The notes: generated by a model from the letters alone, not told the origin. A stretch of DNA of 64,000 nucleotides from Candidatus Vogelbacteria bacterium RIFOXYD1_FULL_51_18 (GCA_001823095.1 MHTL01000012.1:1035-65034), one strand, 5' to 3'; shown: positions 29,738 through 39,085, numbered from the stretch's first letter. Program-made: numbers and translations.

Positions 29738-30373
29738 CTACTCCTGCTTAATCATTTTAACAGCTCGGTAAAGACTGTTTGGGATCGCCGTTCTGGGACT
29801 GGTGATGTTACAGATGTTTGAACCATATGCAGTAAACTTTGAGATGATATTATTAGCATTCTCAACTTTAACGATCGCGCAGGAGAGATACCCTCCCTTC
29901 CCACTTCCTGTTATAGGAAATATAAAGTAGATGTGTGAGGTAAGGGGTGTACCGTTGAAATCATCAGCATAAAGTACTGGCTTAAAGCCTGGTGCGCCAG
30001 AATCCCAGTCACCACATGGTACAGCGCCATCAGAGAAAACAGGATTATCATTTGTTAAAATTGATGCCCGGCATTTTTTTGGCGAATTATCTAACGGATT
30101 CGTCATCTCATTGCCGTCAACAATTGACACGGTGAGACATTTGAATACCGGTCTATGATTTTTAATCACAGCTGGATTATCATAATTATCCCAGAATCGA
30201 GCGCAGGATAAGCCTGAATCAGCGGCATAGTAGGCTTGGTATCCCTCAATGTCAAACCTGGATACTTTTAAGGAGCGCGCCACTATTGAGCTCATCAATA
30301 TGACCGCGAGGCTAACGATCATGGTCACCATGATTGCATAGTAGAGCGCAATTCCTTTGGATTTAATATACAT
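29738..30373 (-). CDS. Pilus-associated protein (PilX-like minor pilin?), N-terminal TM
   Basis: 211 aa with an N-terminal hydrophobic helix. It is the first gene of the minor-pilin block and lacks the canonical GFTLIE motif. Confidence 0.4.
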   Translation of the reverse strand: MYIKSKGIALYYAIMVTMIVSLAVILMSSIVARSLKVSRFDIEGYQAYYAADSGLSCARFWDNYDNPAVIKNHRPVFKCLTVSIVDGNEMTNPLDNSPKKCRASILTNDNPVFSDGAVPCGDWDSGAPGFKPVLYADDFNGTPLTSHIYFIFPITGSGKGGYLSCAIVKVENANNIISKFTAYGSNICNITSPRTAIPNSLYRAVKMIKQE

Positions 30374-31049
30374 ATGACCTGTAAAAGAATGTTGTAATTT
30401 CAGGTATTTTTACTTCCTTTCCCTTTTCAGACCAGTACACATTTGCACGAATCCGAGCTCCTTCTGCAACCTGTCGAGTTGCATCCAGATCCACTTTCTC
30501 AAAAGAAATTACCCGCCTAAACTTTGTCGTGGTCAAGCTTGAATTGCCCTGGATGTAACGAGGAGAAGTGTCTTGGTACACCGTGCAGTCATCTATACCG
30601 GAAGCTGCTACATTAACTGTGCAGAACTGCTCACTAAAGATGCTCCAGTCTCCACCTCCAGTTGGCTGGTAGATAGGAGTGCAAGGACCTTGAGCATCAG
30701 AAGAAACGCAACCATTACTGATGCTACCGCTCTCTGTCCAAATTACACAGCCCTCTTTGTGGTCGCTTGCATTAAACGCACATTCATTTATATCGTCACC
30801 TATGAGAATCCCCTCACCTTTGCTTAACACAAGGTTCTGTTTTAATTTTGCTATCCCCATTTCAAGGCCATCTTGCGCAAGATAGTAGGCTGTTGTCTCA
30901 TCACTTGCGCGGCGAATAGCGCCGAGATTTGTTGAAAATATATACAATGGCCCGATAATTCCTATGAGCAATATTGCGATCGCAACAAGGGTTTCAATTA
31001 GTGTAAAACCGGAATTAGTTTTTATGTTTTCAAAAGTAGTCTTTACCAT
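30363..31049 (-). CDS. Type IV minor pilin / pseudopilin (prepilin-type N-terminal methylation motif)
   Basis: N-terminal motif SGFTLIETLVAIAILLIGI. Confidence 0.6.
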   Translation of the reverse strand: MVKTTFENIKTNSGFTLIETLVAIAILLIGIIGPLYIFSTNLGAIRRASDETTAYYLAQDGLEMGIAKLKQNLVLSKGEGILIGDDINECAFNASDHKEGCVIWTESGSISNGCVSSDAQGPCTPIYQPTGGGDWSIFSEQFCTVNVAASGIDDCTVYQDTSPRYIQGNSSLTTTKFRRVISFEKVDLDATRQVAEGARIRANVYWSEKGKEVKIPEITTFFYRSYVY

Positions 31050-31705
31050 CGTGTTGTGATACTTGCCTGTATCGGCAGGCTAACTTTCTTCGAGCCGACC
31101 ATCTTTGAAAGAACAAGGGAAACCGTCAAGTATTGTGAATCATAATTAGGCTTTATGTTATTATAGAGAGTCTTGGGAAGGGCTCTGGACACATAAAACT
31201 TTGCTTCATCAACTTCAATTCCTGTGGAATTTAAATTCTGCCCCATTAACGGACTACTTTTAAAAATGAAAGATCGGAGGTAGTTGAGATCTTTTCCACT
31301 ACTATCATACTGATAGTAATAAAAATATGCCGTTGGTAATCCTGAAATAAAAGTGATTTGATCACTATTGGCTGGCATAGGACAACCCTGCCTTGACGTC
31401 GTATCGTCATTAAAATAGTCAGCTCCTCCAGGAAAGACGCACAATATTCTTGTCCCCTGCTTAATATCCCTCGCCCTTAACGAAATACTATCTAAAATAG
31501 TTGTCGCATTATCCATGAGCTCTTTTCGGGCAAGAATCTCACGATTGACTTGGGAAAGGAGGACGAGTGTGGAAGTGGTGAGAACTGCGATGACAACAAA
31601 AATAGTGATAGAAACCAAGAGCTCAATAAGTGTAAAACCTCGTATCTGTTTTTTAGAGCGTCTATACAGCATATTTATTGCAGTTCCATTCTGCCAGAAG
31701 ACCAT
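31043..31705 (-). CDS. Type IV minor pilin / pseudopilin
   Basis: N-terminal motif RGFTLIELLVSITIFVVIAV. Confidence 0.6.
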   Translation of the reverse strand: MVFWQNGTAINMLYRRSKKQIRGFTLIELLVSITIFVVIAVLTTSTLVLLSQVNREILARKELMDNATTILDSISLRARDIKQGTRILCVFPGGADYFNDDTTSRQGCPMPANSDQITFISGLPTAYFYYYQYDSSGKDLNYLRSFIFKSSPLMGQNLNSTGIEVDEAKFYVSRALPKTLYNNIKPNYDSQYLTVSLVLSKMVGSKKVSLPIQASITTRW

Positions 31706-32295
31706 ACTGCTAAGATTTTTTGTCTGCCACCTTGTGCTGTGAAAGTAATTTTAACATATTCTTCATCTGGTGGATTATCAGATTGATCACCCGATCTAAT
31801 CATCGCTTCTATATGAGGACTCTGAAATGTAATATTTACTTGCGCTAGGTATGTGTCTGTACCTGAATGGCAACTCTCACCTGATATTATTTTTTTTCGG
31901 CAGATTTTTGTTATCCTCACCCTTGATGGAAGATCTTTAGTAGGTTCAATATTTTCTAAACCGCCAGTATACACACCGTCTTGAGAATCAGGGTTATTTG
32001 CGATATCTCTAAAAAGAGTGTAGTTATTTGCCAGTTTACTAATATTTATTCCCACCACAGGAACCGAAGTCATGGTAATAATATCATTTTCAGTGATTCC
32101 CTGACTGCGGCCGGAAATTCCAGAGACTTGCATTTCTTTGAGCCCGGCAAGGACTTGTTGGGCGGTCAATTCTAGCTCTTTTTGTGAGCGGAAATCAGGG
32201 AGGCTTGAGACAACTATACTGGTGATGATAATAATAATCACTGTCACTACCAACATTTCAATCAATGTAAACCCTTTTTGCTTAGTAGAGTGCAT
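31675..32295 (-). CDS. Type IV minor pilin / pseudopilin
   Basis: N-terminal motif KGFTLIEMLVVTVIIIIITSIV. Confidence 0.6.
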   Translation of the reverse strand: MHSTKQKGFTLIEMLVVTVIIIIITSIVVSSLPDFRSQKELELTAQQVLAGLKEMQVSGISGRSQGITENDIITMTSVPVVGINISKLANNYTLFRDIANNPDSQDGVYTGGLENIEPTKDLPSRVRITKICRKKIISGESCHSGTDTYLAQVNITFQSPHIEAMIRSGDQSDNPPDEEYVKITFTAQGGRQKILAVWSSGRMELQ

Positions 32296-33064
32296 TGGAG
32301 AATGAGAAGAATGAGAGTACCGCCGCCATGTCTATGTGGCCAAAGGCCGCCAAGGCGGCTCCGAGGATGAGAAATGGCGCAAAGGGTACCTCGGTCTTTA
32401 TTGTAGCATAGCGTCCGCGGAAAAGGAGGAGGGCAACGCCAAAGGCCGCCCCAATCCAAAAGGCCAAGAGGAGCGCGGCAAAGCCCTGGCTGGGGCCCAA
32501 GAGGAGCCCGAGACCGAGCGCAAGCTTAGCGTCCCCCAATCCCATCCATTTGCCGGCCGAGAAGTGCCACAGCGCCGCAAAAAAGAGCGCCATAGAAAGC
32601 GCCACCCCCACCCTCCATCCAATTGACTGAAGTCTGACTTCAGTCAACAGCACGGAAAGGGCGCTCAATCCGATAAGTATATACACCATCCCGTCGGGGA
32701 TGATTTTGTGGCGGATATCGTAGGCAGTGATGGCCATGAGGATGCTCCATACGGCAAGGTGGTAAAGGGCGCTCCATAATGGCCACGATTGCCAAGCAAT
32801 AAGCGCAAAGAGGGCTCCTATCCCCAGTTCTACCAGTGGATACTGTGTGGATATCCTGCTCCCGCAGCCGCGGCACCTGCCTCCCTGCAGAAGGTAGCTC
32901 AACACCGGTATGAGCTCGTACCAAGCAAGCTTTTTGCCGCAGGAAAAACACCCCGAGCGCCCCGCCAAGGACCTCCCCGTGTTGTAGCGGAGCACCAGCA
33001 CATTAAGGAAGCTCCCTACGACAGTGCCAAAAATAAAAAAAATCACAAGCGATAAGTTTTCCAC
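32282..33064 (-). CDS. pilD: Prepilin peptidase (A24 family) with N-terminal Zn-binding Cys tetrad; contains an in-frame palindrome insertion
   Basis: Has CGSCGKKLAWYELIPVLSYLL...CRGCGSRI and the aspartyl protease TM core. The residues LLTEVRLQSIGW are encoded by the 23-bp palindrome at 32624-32646. Confidence 0.85.
   Translation of the reverse strand: MENLSLVIFFIFGTVVGSFLNVLVLRYNTGRSLAGRSGCFSCGKKLAWYELIPVLSYLLQGGRCRGCGSRISTQYPLVELGIGALFALIAWQSWPLWSALYHLAVWSILMAITAYDIRHKIIPDGMVYILIGLSALSVLLTEVRLQSIGWRVGVALSMALFFAALWHFSAGKWMGLGDAKLALGLGLLLGPSQGFAALLLAFWIGAAFGVALLLFRGRYATIKTEVPFAPFLILGAALAAFGHIDMAAVLSFFSFSNALY
32624..32646. repeat. 23-bp palindrome copy 2 (inside pilD coding sequence, in-frame)
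   Basis: Sequence is TGACTGAAGTCTGACTTCAGTCA. Confidence 0.75.
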
Positions 33065-33094
33065 AGTACCATTGTACTCCTCTCCTGCTATAAT

Positions 33095-33117
33095 TGACTG
33101 AAGTCAGACTTCAGTCA
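33095..33117. repeat. 23-bp palindrome copy 3 (5' end of RAYT gene)
   Basis: Sequence is TGACTGAAGTCAGACTTCAGTCA. Confidence 0.75.
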
Positions 33118-33277
33118 ATTTCAATGGACACCATCTACCACATCTACAATAGAGGTGTTGAGAAGAGGACAATCTTTCTTGATGACCGAGATAGAATCAG
33201 ATTTATTAATTCCTTAGCTATCTTTAACTCGAGCGATCTCGACCCAAACGTAAGCCGCACAATGCGGAATACTCTAA

Positions 33278-33300
33278 TGACTGGAGTCAGACTTCAGTCA
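33278..33300. repeat. 23-bp palindrome copy 4 (inside RAYT ORF)
   Basis: TGACTGGAGTCAGACTTCAGTCA, encoding MTGVRLQS. Confidence 0.75.
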
Positions 33301-33554
33301 GATGACCAGCTTGTGGAGATTATGGCGTTTTGTCTGATGCCGAATCACTTTCACCTCATGATGCGGGCACGAACAGAACGGGGTATCTCAAAATTTATGC
33401 AAAAACTGGGAACCGGGTATGCTAATTATTTCAATCTCCGCCGCCAGCGTGTAGGGTCCTTATTCCAAAATAAATATAAATCCGTCCCTATCATGGATGA
33501 CGCTCATTTTTTGTGGCTCCCCCACTACATACACTGCAATCCGGCTAAGAAGAA

Positions 33555-33577
33555 TGACTGGAGTCCGACTTCAGTCA
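33555..33577. repeat. 23-bp palindrome copy 5 (inside RAYT ORF)
   Basis: TGACTGGAGTCCGACTTCAGTCA, encoding DWSPTSVK. Confidence 0.75.
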
Positions 33578-33768
33578 AAGGGTACCGATGGTCAAGTTAT
33601 GGAGAATATGCAGAGGATGCCGGGAATAAGAGATATCCGGAAATTATAGATACCACCTTCCTCTCCGAAATTTTTGAGACGCCAGAAAATTTTAGGAAAC
33701 AAACTCAAGAATGGCTAAAATCCTATTCGGAATCGGAAGCAGACGGCACCAACGCGCTCATCATAGAT

Positions 33769-33791
33769 TGACTGGAGTCCGACTTCAGTCA
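33769..33791. repeat. 23-bp palindrome copy 6 (RAYT stop region)
   Basis: Sequence is TGACTGGAGTCCGACTTCAGTCA. Confidence 0.75.
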
Positions 33792-34339
33792 ATGTTGATT
33801 ACGGTTGCACTTACCAGTTTAAGATACTGAAGGTAATCACCGATGTTGTTTTTTATATCATCCACCATTCTCTTCATATCTACGTTGCCGTATTTGTGAA
33901 CGATCAAATTTCTCAACCCAACAGAGGGAGCGATTTCGAGCGCAAATTCCATAGGTAAAATTTTATTCTCGCCCAAGACAATGAAAGTGCTCTGATAATC
34001 GGCGGGAACAGCTAGATGAGATTGGCTGATAATGTGAGTGTTCAAATCAATTGCCGAATCAACGATTAATTGGAACAATCTTTCAACGGTGTGAAGGACT
34101 AAAGATTCGTCAATAATTTCGCGGCTCTCTTTTTTCAACAACGGCAACAATTCATCTAGATAATTTCTGATGTCATTGATTTTATTGGTAGTAAGAGTTT
34201 GATCAAGCATGACGCTTAATAAATGATTGAATGGAAGCGCCTTGCAGCTTATAGAGCGGCCGGGCTTCCATATATAATTTAATACTATACACTTTAAAAC
34301 GGTTGAACAGGTCGACTTCTTGTTCATAGAGCAATACAC
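33785..34339 (-). CDS. hepT: HepT-like HEPN toxin (DUF86)
   Basis: C-terminal Rx4HxY motif (RNLIVHKYGNVD). It overlaps the upstream MntA gene. Confidence 0.55.
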   Translation of the reverse strand: MYCSMNKKSTCSTVLKCIVLNYIWKPGRSISCKALPFNHLLSVMLDQTLTTNKINDIRNYLDELLPLLKKESREIIDESLVLHTVERLFQLIVDSAIDLNTHIISQSHLAVPADYQSTFIVLGENKILPMEFALEIAPSVGLRNLIVHKYGNVDMKRMVDDIKNNIGDYLQYLKLVSATVINID

Positions 34340-34610
34340 CTTCCTCCGCTACCTTCTTCAAGAGGAGTGGTGGAGCATTTTTAAGGTCAACCAGTTCAAT
34401 ATTGCCGTAACCGGTTTTAGTCATCAACTCCTCCTGGAGTTCTGCGATCTCCCGCAGACCAAGCCGGCGTTCAGCAATAAAACCAATATCAATATCGCTC
34501 TGCGCATGGGTCTTGCCCGTTGCCTGGGAGCCAAAGAGTACGCCAAGAACTAAACCACGTTCAGAAGCTAATTCAGCAAACTCCTGGCTTAAAAGCGGCA
34601 CGGATATCAT
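34203..34610 (-). CDS. mntA: MntA-like minimal nucleotidyltransferase antitoxin
   Basis: NTase motif LFGSQATGKTHAQSDIDIGF (GSx9-13DxD). Confidence 0.7.
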   Translation of the reverse strand: MISVPLLSQEFAELASERGLVLGVLFGSQATGKTHAQSDIDIGFIAERRLGLREIAELQEELMTKTGYGNIELVDLKNAPPLLLKKVAEEGVLLYEQEVDLFNRFKVYSIKLYMEARPLYKLQGASIQSFIKRHA

Positions 34611-34654
34611 TTTTTAATCATATCACAAAACACCCTTAAACCCAACCAAACCCG

Positions 34655-34677
34655 ATGACTGGAGTCTGACTCCAGTC
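34655..34677. repeat. 23-bp palindrome copy 7 with 40-bp shared upstream arm
   Basis: Sequence is TGACTGGAGTCTGACTCCAGTCA. The preceding ACACCC(T)TAAACC(T)CAACCAAACCCGA is duplicated at 35560-35589. Confidence 0.7.
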
Positions 34678-34679
34678 AG

Positions 34680-35135
34680 CTATTCAACAGATAAGCCAAA
34701 CCGGCCAGGATCCTTAACCACTGATTTGAACGTCTGGACAAAGAAATCCAGATCGGGCACGTGAGCACGGATTACATCGTACATTTCTTGAGCAGTCACT
34801 TCCCAATACAGGTGCACCAGCCGGTTGCGGTAACCCGCTAATTTTTTATTACGTTCGGCGAAGTCAACGGTGATGATGCCATGCTCGCCCAGCAACATAA
34901 TTATCTCCTGATAATCTCGAGCTTTGCCGTTTAACCGGGAGGCGATATGAGTCCCAATGGTCAAAATCCCCTCAAGGGTACGGCGCAGGTAGTGCTCGGC
35001 TAACGCATACGTTTTTTTATCGGCAATAAATTGCTCTCGGCTCATGTCTGTCACTGCACGCAACTCTGCAATCCCCGCTTCAATATCAGCGATCAAATCA
35101 ACGACTTTGGCCTTGTTTAGCGGCTGTGTGCCCAT
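34680..35135 (-). CDS. hepT: HepT-like HEPN toxin (DUF86), second copy
   Basis: Motif RNRLVHLYWEVTAQEMYD (Rx4HxY). Confidence 0.6.
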   Translation of the reverse strand: MGTQPLNKAKVVDLIADIEAGIAELRAVTDMSREQFIADKKTYALAEHYLRRTLEGILTIGTHIASRLNGKARDYQEIIMLLGEHGIITVDFAERNKKLAGYRNRLVHLYWEVTAQEMYDVIRAHVPDLDFFVQTFKSVVKDPGRFGLSVE

Positions 35136-35141
35136 ATACAG

Positions 35142-35540
35142 TTAGGATGATTGCCCAAGAACGGAAGCATGGAAAATATTTTCGTAATGCTTGAAGTCAA
35201 AGTAACGTAACATCACTTCAGCGCGATACTCTGCAAACCCTCCCGTCACCGCCTCATACAGCGGCCAGCCTTGAGTCACTGCGCGGAAGCGTAGCCCCGG
35301 GGCAGTTTCATCAAGGTAGACCAGATCAATCTTCTGGTCTGGAAAATGTTTTTGCATTTCAGCTAACAGTTCGCCGTAGACACCTACCGGATCCTGCCTC
35401 TGTAGACTAAGGTCGGCAAAAACCACGCCGATATCAAGATCGCTTAAGGGATGGGCGGAATCAGTTGCGGCTGACCCAAACAAGATCACCAGCCTCACTC
35501 TCAGCCTCTTGAGCGTTGAGGTATGCAATTGGATTGCCAT
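35142..35540 (-). CDS. mntA: MntA-like nucleotidyltransferase antitoxin, second copy
   Basis: Motif ILFGSAATDSAHPLSDLDIGVVF. Confidence 0.7.
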   Translation of the reverse strand: MAIQLHTSTLKRLRVRLVILFGSAATDSAHPLSDLDIGVVFADLSLQRQDPVGVYGELLAEMQKHFPDQKIDLVYLDETAPGLRFRAVTQGWPLYEAVTGGFAEYRAEVMLRYFDFKHYENIFHASVLGQSS

Positions 35541-35589
35541 ACTCCCGCATCATACCACAAAAACACCCTCAAACCTCAACCAAACCCGA

Positions 35590-35612
35590 TGACTGGAGTC
35601 AGACTTCAGTCA
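35590..35612. repeat. 23-bp palindrome copy 8
   Basis: Sequence is TGACTGGAGTCAGACTTCAGTCA. Confidence 0.75.
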
Positions 35613-35703
35613 ATGTTCCACTCCTCTATCGTATCACAACCCCCCGCCATGTGGCGGGGGGTTGATCACAATCGTCAAAATAAGATCCTGCTGAAAGGCT
35701 TTA

Positions 35704-36207
35704 CTAAGCGTTATCGCAGACTACATCCGTACTACTGACACCTGTCACAATTTCTGTGGCCGCTGCAGCAGTACTCACACCAGCATAGCCAGTACTATCA
35801 ACACAGTAAGTAGTACCATCGTTGAGGACAACTGCTGCTCCCCATTTTGTTGGTGCAACGCCAACAGCGGTATCTTGACCACACTGAACAACGTTCGCCG
35901 CAGGTACTTGTGTTTGAACAGCTGTCTTTAAGGTCAACAAGCTACCAGAGACGGACGCTGCTGCAGCACACAAATTTACAGCATACGTACCAGAATCAGT
36001 AACACCAAGCTCTGCTTGTGCCCTCATAGATGACATCGAGGCTTTAGCTGACGCGTCCTTTCCCTTGTTTCTTGCTGAGCCTAAACTCGTCAAAACAATT
36101 CCTGAAAGAATACCGATGATGGCGATGACGACGAGGAGTTCAATGAGGGTGAAGCCCTTCGATCCGCCACAGCGGACCCTGGATAAACCTTTCTTATAAT
36201 TCTTCAT
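35704..36207 (-). CDS. pilA: Type IV major pilin
   Basis: N-terminus reads GGSKGFTLIELLVVIAIIGILSGIVLTSL, the class III signal / N-methyl-Phe motif. 167 aa. Confidence 0.8.
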   Translation of the reverse strand: MKNYKKGLSRVRCGGSKGFTLIELLVVIAIIGILSGIVLTSLGSARNKGKDASAKASMSSMRAQAELGVTDSGTYAVNLCAAAASVSGSLLTLKTAVQTQVPAANVVQCGQDTAVGVAPTKWGAAVVLNDGTTYCVDSTGYAGVSTAAAATEIVTGVSSTDVVCDNA

Positions 36208-36324
36208 ACATTCTTTTTATATTCTAATAATTAAAGCTTTGATACGGAAATCATCCGACCGTTGGCTACCCTAGATTATATGCTTGCTTTCTATGGCCTA
36301 CAAATGCTTATGTGGATAAACGAC

Positions 36325-37533
36325 CTATGAAATAGATCCGGCAATATTATAAATGGGCAGGAGGACTGCGGTGAGTAAGATGCCTACCCCGGCGCCGAGG
36401 ACGATAATCATTGCCGGCTCAATGAGGCCTACCAGCGTATCCACCTCATTCTCCACTTCCCGCTCGTAGAACTTCGCCATAGTGGAGAGCACGTAGCCGA
36501 ACTTGCCCGACTCCTCCCCCACCTTCATCATCTGCACAATAATCCCGGGTATCTCGGGGTAGACGGCAAGCGCTTGCGAGACGGGCATGCCCGCCTTCAC
36601 CTTAAGGCTCGCCTCTTTCAGAATGTTCTTATAGACCTCGCTGTCCACCACCTCGGCGGTAATCTCTAGCGCGCGGAGCATGGAGATGCCGCTCTCCACC
36701 ATCGTGGAAAGATTGTCCGAGATGCGCGAGAGGTAGAGCTTGCGGTAGAGGAGACCGAGGTAAGGCACCTGCAGTTTAAGCTCCGAGAGCGCCTGCTTGC
36801 CCACCGCCGAGATACCGTAGCGCCAGAGGAGCACTCCTCCTGCCGCAAGCACAAGGAGGAGGAAGATGCCATAATGGACGAGAAAGTCGCTTGTCCCGAT
36901 GATTAGCTTGGTATACCAGGGGATGGCCTGCTGTGTCTCTTCAATAATATCGGCAAGCTTGGGGATAACCAGCGTCATCATGAGCACCATCACTCCGATG
37001 AAAGAGGCAATCACAAATGCCGGATAGACCAAGGCATTCCTGGCCTTGCTCACCACCGCGTGCTGGCGCTCCAGGTAATTGGCGAGGTAGGTAAAGGCCT
37101 CCGAGAGTCGCCCCGTCTCCTCACCCGAGCGCACCATGGAGACATAGAACTCGGAGAAAATATCTGGATGCTTGGCGAGCGCCTGCGAGATTTGCGCGCC
37201 GCTCTTGATGTCATCAGTAATGTCTACAAGCTTTTTCTTGAGCAATCTGCTCCCCGCCTCGCTTGCCAGCAGTTGGAATGCCGAGAGCACGGGGACTTTT
37301 GCTTCAAAGAGCGTAGAAATCTGCCGCGAGAGGATGACGATGTCGCGCGTCTTGACGCGCTCAAAGATTTTGAGAATGTCTTCCGACCAGCTCGGCTTCT
37401 CGTCGGGCACAATGGAGAGCACGATAAAGTTGCGCTTCTGGAGCGAGCTGATGGCGGAATCAATGTTTGCGGTATCAATGGTGCCCTTTTGGTCGCCGCC
37501 GTCTTTCGTTGTAACGTGGTACCTAAAAATCAT
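36325..37533 (-). CDS. pilC: Type IV pilus inner-membrane platform protein PilC (GspF family)
   Basis: 402 aa with two T2SSF repeats and a 3-TM topology. Confidence 0.85.
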   Translation of the reverse strand: MIFRYHVTTKDGGDQKGTIDTANIDSAISSLQKRNFIVLSIVPDEKPSWSEDILKIFERVKTRDIVILSRQISTLFEAKVPVLSAFQLLASEAGSRLLKKKLVDITDDIKSGAQISQALAKHPDIFSEFYVSMVRSGEETGRLSEAFTYLANYLERQHAVVSKARNALVYPAFVIASFIGVMVLMMTLVIPKLADIIEETQQAIPWYTKLIIGTSDFLVHYGIFLLLVLAAGGVLLWRYGISAVGKQALSELKLQVPYLGLLYRKLYLSRISDNLSTMVESGISMLRALEITAEVVDSEVYKNILKEASLKVKAGMPVSQALAVYPEIPGIIVQMMKVGEESGKFGYVLSTMAKFYEREVENEVDTLVGLIEPAMIIVLGAGVGILLTAVLLPIYNIAGSIS

Positions 37534-37585
37534 GAGAAGAAAGTATCAAGTAACAAGTGCCGAGGACCAAGTGATAGAAAGTACA

Positions 37586-38680
37586 TCATAAGAGTCGCTC
37601 AAGCACATCGGGGTTAGTGGAAAAGCGGTACGCGTTCTCCTGTGTAATTTCTCCACGACGGAACAGGTCGGCAAGCGAGTGGTTGAGGTCAATCATGCCG
37701 AGCTCCATGCTCGTCTCCAAAATCACATCAATCTCCGCCGTGCGCCCCTCGCGGATAAGGTTGGCAACCGCCTTGTTGTTGAGGAGGAGCTCGTAGGCCG
37801 GGATGAGCCCGCCTGACACGCGCGGCACGAGCCGCTGGGAAAAGACGCCCAAGAGGTTGGCGGCGAGCTGGACGCGAATTTGCTTCTGCTGGACGGCGGG
37901 GAAGGAGTCCAATACGCGGTCAATGGTCTGCGAGGCGGTATTGGTGTGGAGCGTGCTGAAGATGAGGTGCCCCGTCTCCGCCGCAGTTACCGCGGCAGAC
38001 ATGGTCTCGGGGTCGCGCATCTCGCCGATGAGCGCCACATTAATGTCCTCGCGGAACATAGATTGGAGCGCGGTGTGGAAGTCGTGCGTGTCAAAATGTA
38101 TCTCGCGCTGGTCAATGATGCTACGCTGTGCTTCATAAATGTATTCAACAGGGTCCTCGATGGTGATGATGTGCTCGGCGCGCTCGCGGCTGATGTGGTC
38201 AATCAATGAGGCAAGTGTTGTTGATTTGCCGTGCCCCGTCGGTCCCACCACCAAAAAAAAGCCCTGCTTCTTATTCGCAAACTCCAAGAGCGCCTCCGGG
38301 AGATTGAGCTCTGTAAGTGTAGGTATGTTCTGCGGGATGACGCGCATAGCAATGCCCACTACTCCTTTTTGAAAAAAGGCGTTGCCGCGGAAGCGGATTC
38401 CCGCGCCGGGACTGTAGGAAAAATCAATCTCCTTCCGCGCGAGGAAGCGCTTCTGGCTCTCGTCAGAGAGGAGCTCTATCACAAAGCCCATCGTCGCCTC
38501 CGGGGCGAGCTTCTCATACTTGGTGAGCGGGACGAGCTCGCTGGAGACGCGTATCGTCGGGCAGTGGCCGACAGAAAAGTGGAGGTCTGACGCCCCCTCC
38601 TTGCTTACTGTTGATATGAGCTCCTCAAGTTCGCGCTTATAATCAGCCATGGCGAGCTTGCTTTGTTTTGGTAATATCAA
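37586..38680 (-). CDS. pilT: Twitching-motility retraction ATPase PilT
   Basis: Walker A GPTGHGKSTTL, Asp box and His box; full-length PilT/PilU similarity. Confidence 0.85.
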   Translation of the reverse strand: MILPKQSKLAMADYKRELEELISTVSKEGASDLHFSVGHCPTIRVSSELVPLTKYEKLAPEATMGFVIELLSDESQKRFLARKEIDFSYSPGAGIRFRGNAFFQKGVVGIAMRVIPQNIPTLTELNLPEALLEFANKKQGFFLVVGPTGHGKSTTLASLIDHISRERAEHIITIEDPVEYIYEAQRSIIDQREIHFDTHDFHTALQSMFREDINVALIGEMRDPETMSAAVTAAETGHLIFSTLHTNTASQTIDRVLDSFPAVQQKQIRVQLAANLLGVFSQRLVPRVSGGLIPAYELLLNNKAVANLIREGRTAEIDVILETSMELGMIDLNHSLADLFRRGEITQENAYRFSTNPDVLERLL

Positions 38681-39047
38681 GCACTTTAGAGACCACCTCC
38701 GAGGGCGTTGCGCTTGCCTTCACGATGTAACCGTCAGCGCCCAGCGAGAGCCCGCGGTCAACGTCTTCCTGCTGACCGAGATTGGAAAGGATGATGCATG
38801 CGGTGCGCTCATTGCATACCTTTTTCTCTTTAATCTCCTGCAAGAACTGGAAGCCATCCATACCCGGCATAATGATGTCAATAAGGCAGATATCCGGTTC
38901 GAGTCCCTCCTTGAGCTTCCCGAGCGCTTCCGTAGCAGACGGAACCGCAGTGACCTCAAAACCGGCTTCCGTAAACTTGGTTGAGTACATATCCAAAAGG
39001 AACTTGTCATCGTCAACGAGGAGAATTTTTTGTTTTGCGTCGCTCAT
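38643..39047 (-). CDS. Stand-alone CheY-like response-regulator receiver (PilH/PilG-like)
   Basis: KILLVDDDKFLLDMYS...DICLIDIIMPGMDGFQFL...LSN...K, with the phospho-acceptor Asp and conserved Lys present. Confidence 0.8.
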   Translation of the reverse strand: MSDAKQKILLVDDDKFLLDMYSTKFTEAGFEVTAVPSATEALGKLKEGLEPDICLIDIIMPGMDGFQFLQEIKEKKVCNERTACIILSNLGQQEDVDRGLSLGADGYIVKASATPSEVVSKVLDITKTKQARHG

Positions 39048-39085
39048 ACTTGGTACTTAATACTTGTAACTTGATACTTATTTTA

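Larger units (their letters stand above)
33094..33771 (+). mobile_element. REP-associated tyrosine transposase (RAYT, IS200/IS605 TnpA-like HuH) flanked and interrupted in-frame by its palindromes
   Basis: YHIYNRGVEKR... and the HuH motif CLMPNHFHLMM. Palindrome copies lie at the start codon, twice internally (33278-33300 and 33555-33577, each adding 8 in-frame codons) and at the stop. The likely native start is MDTIYHIY at 33124. Confidence 0.7.
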
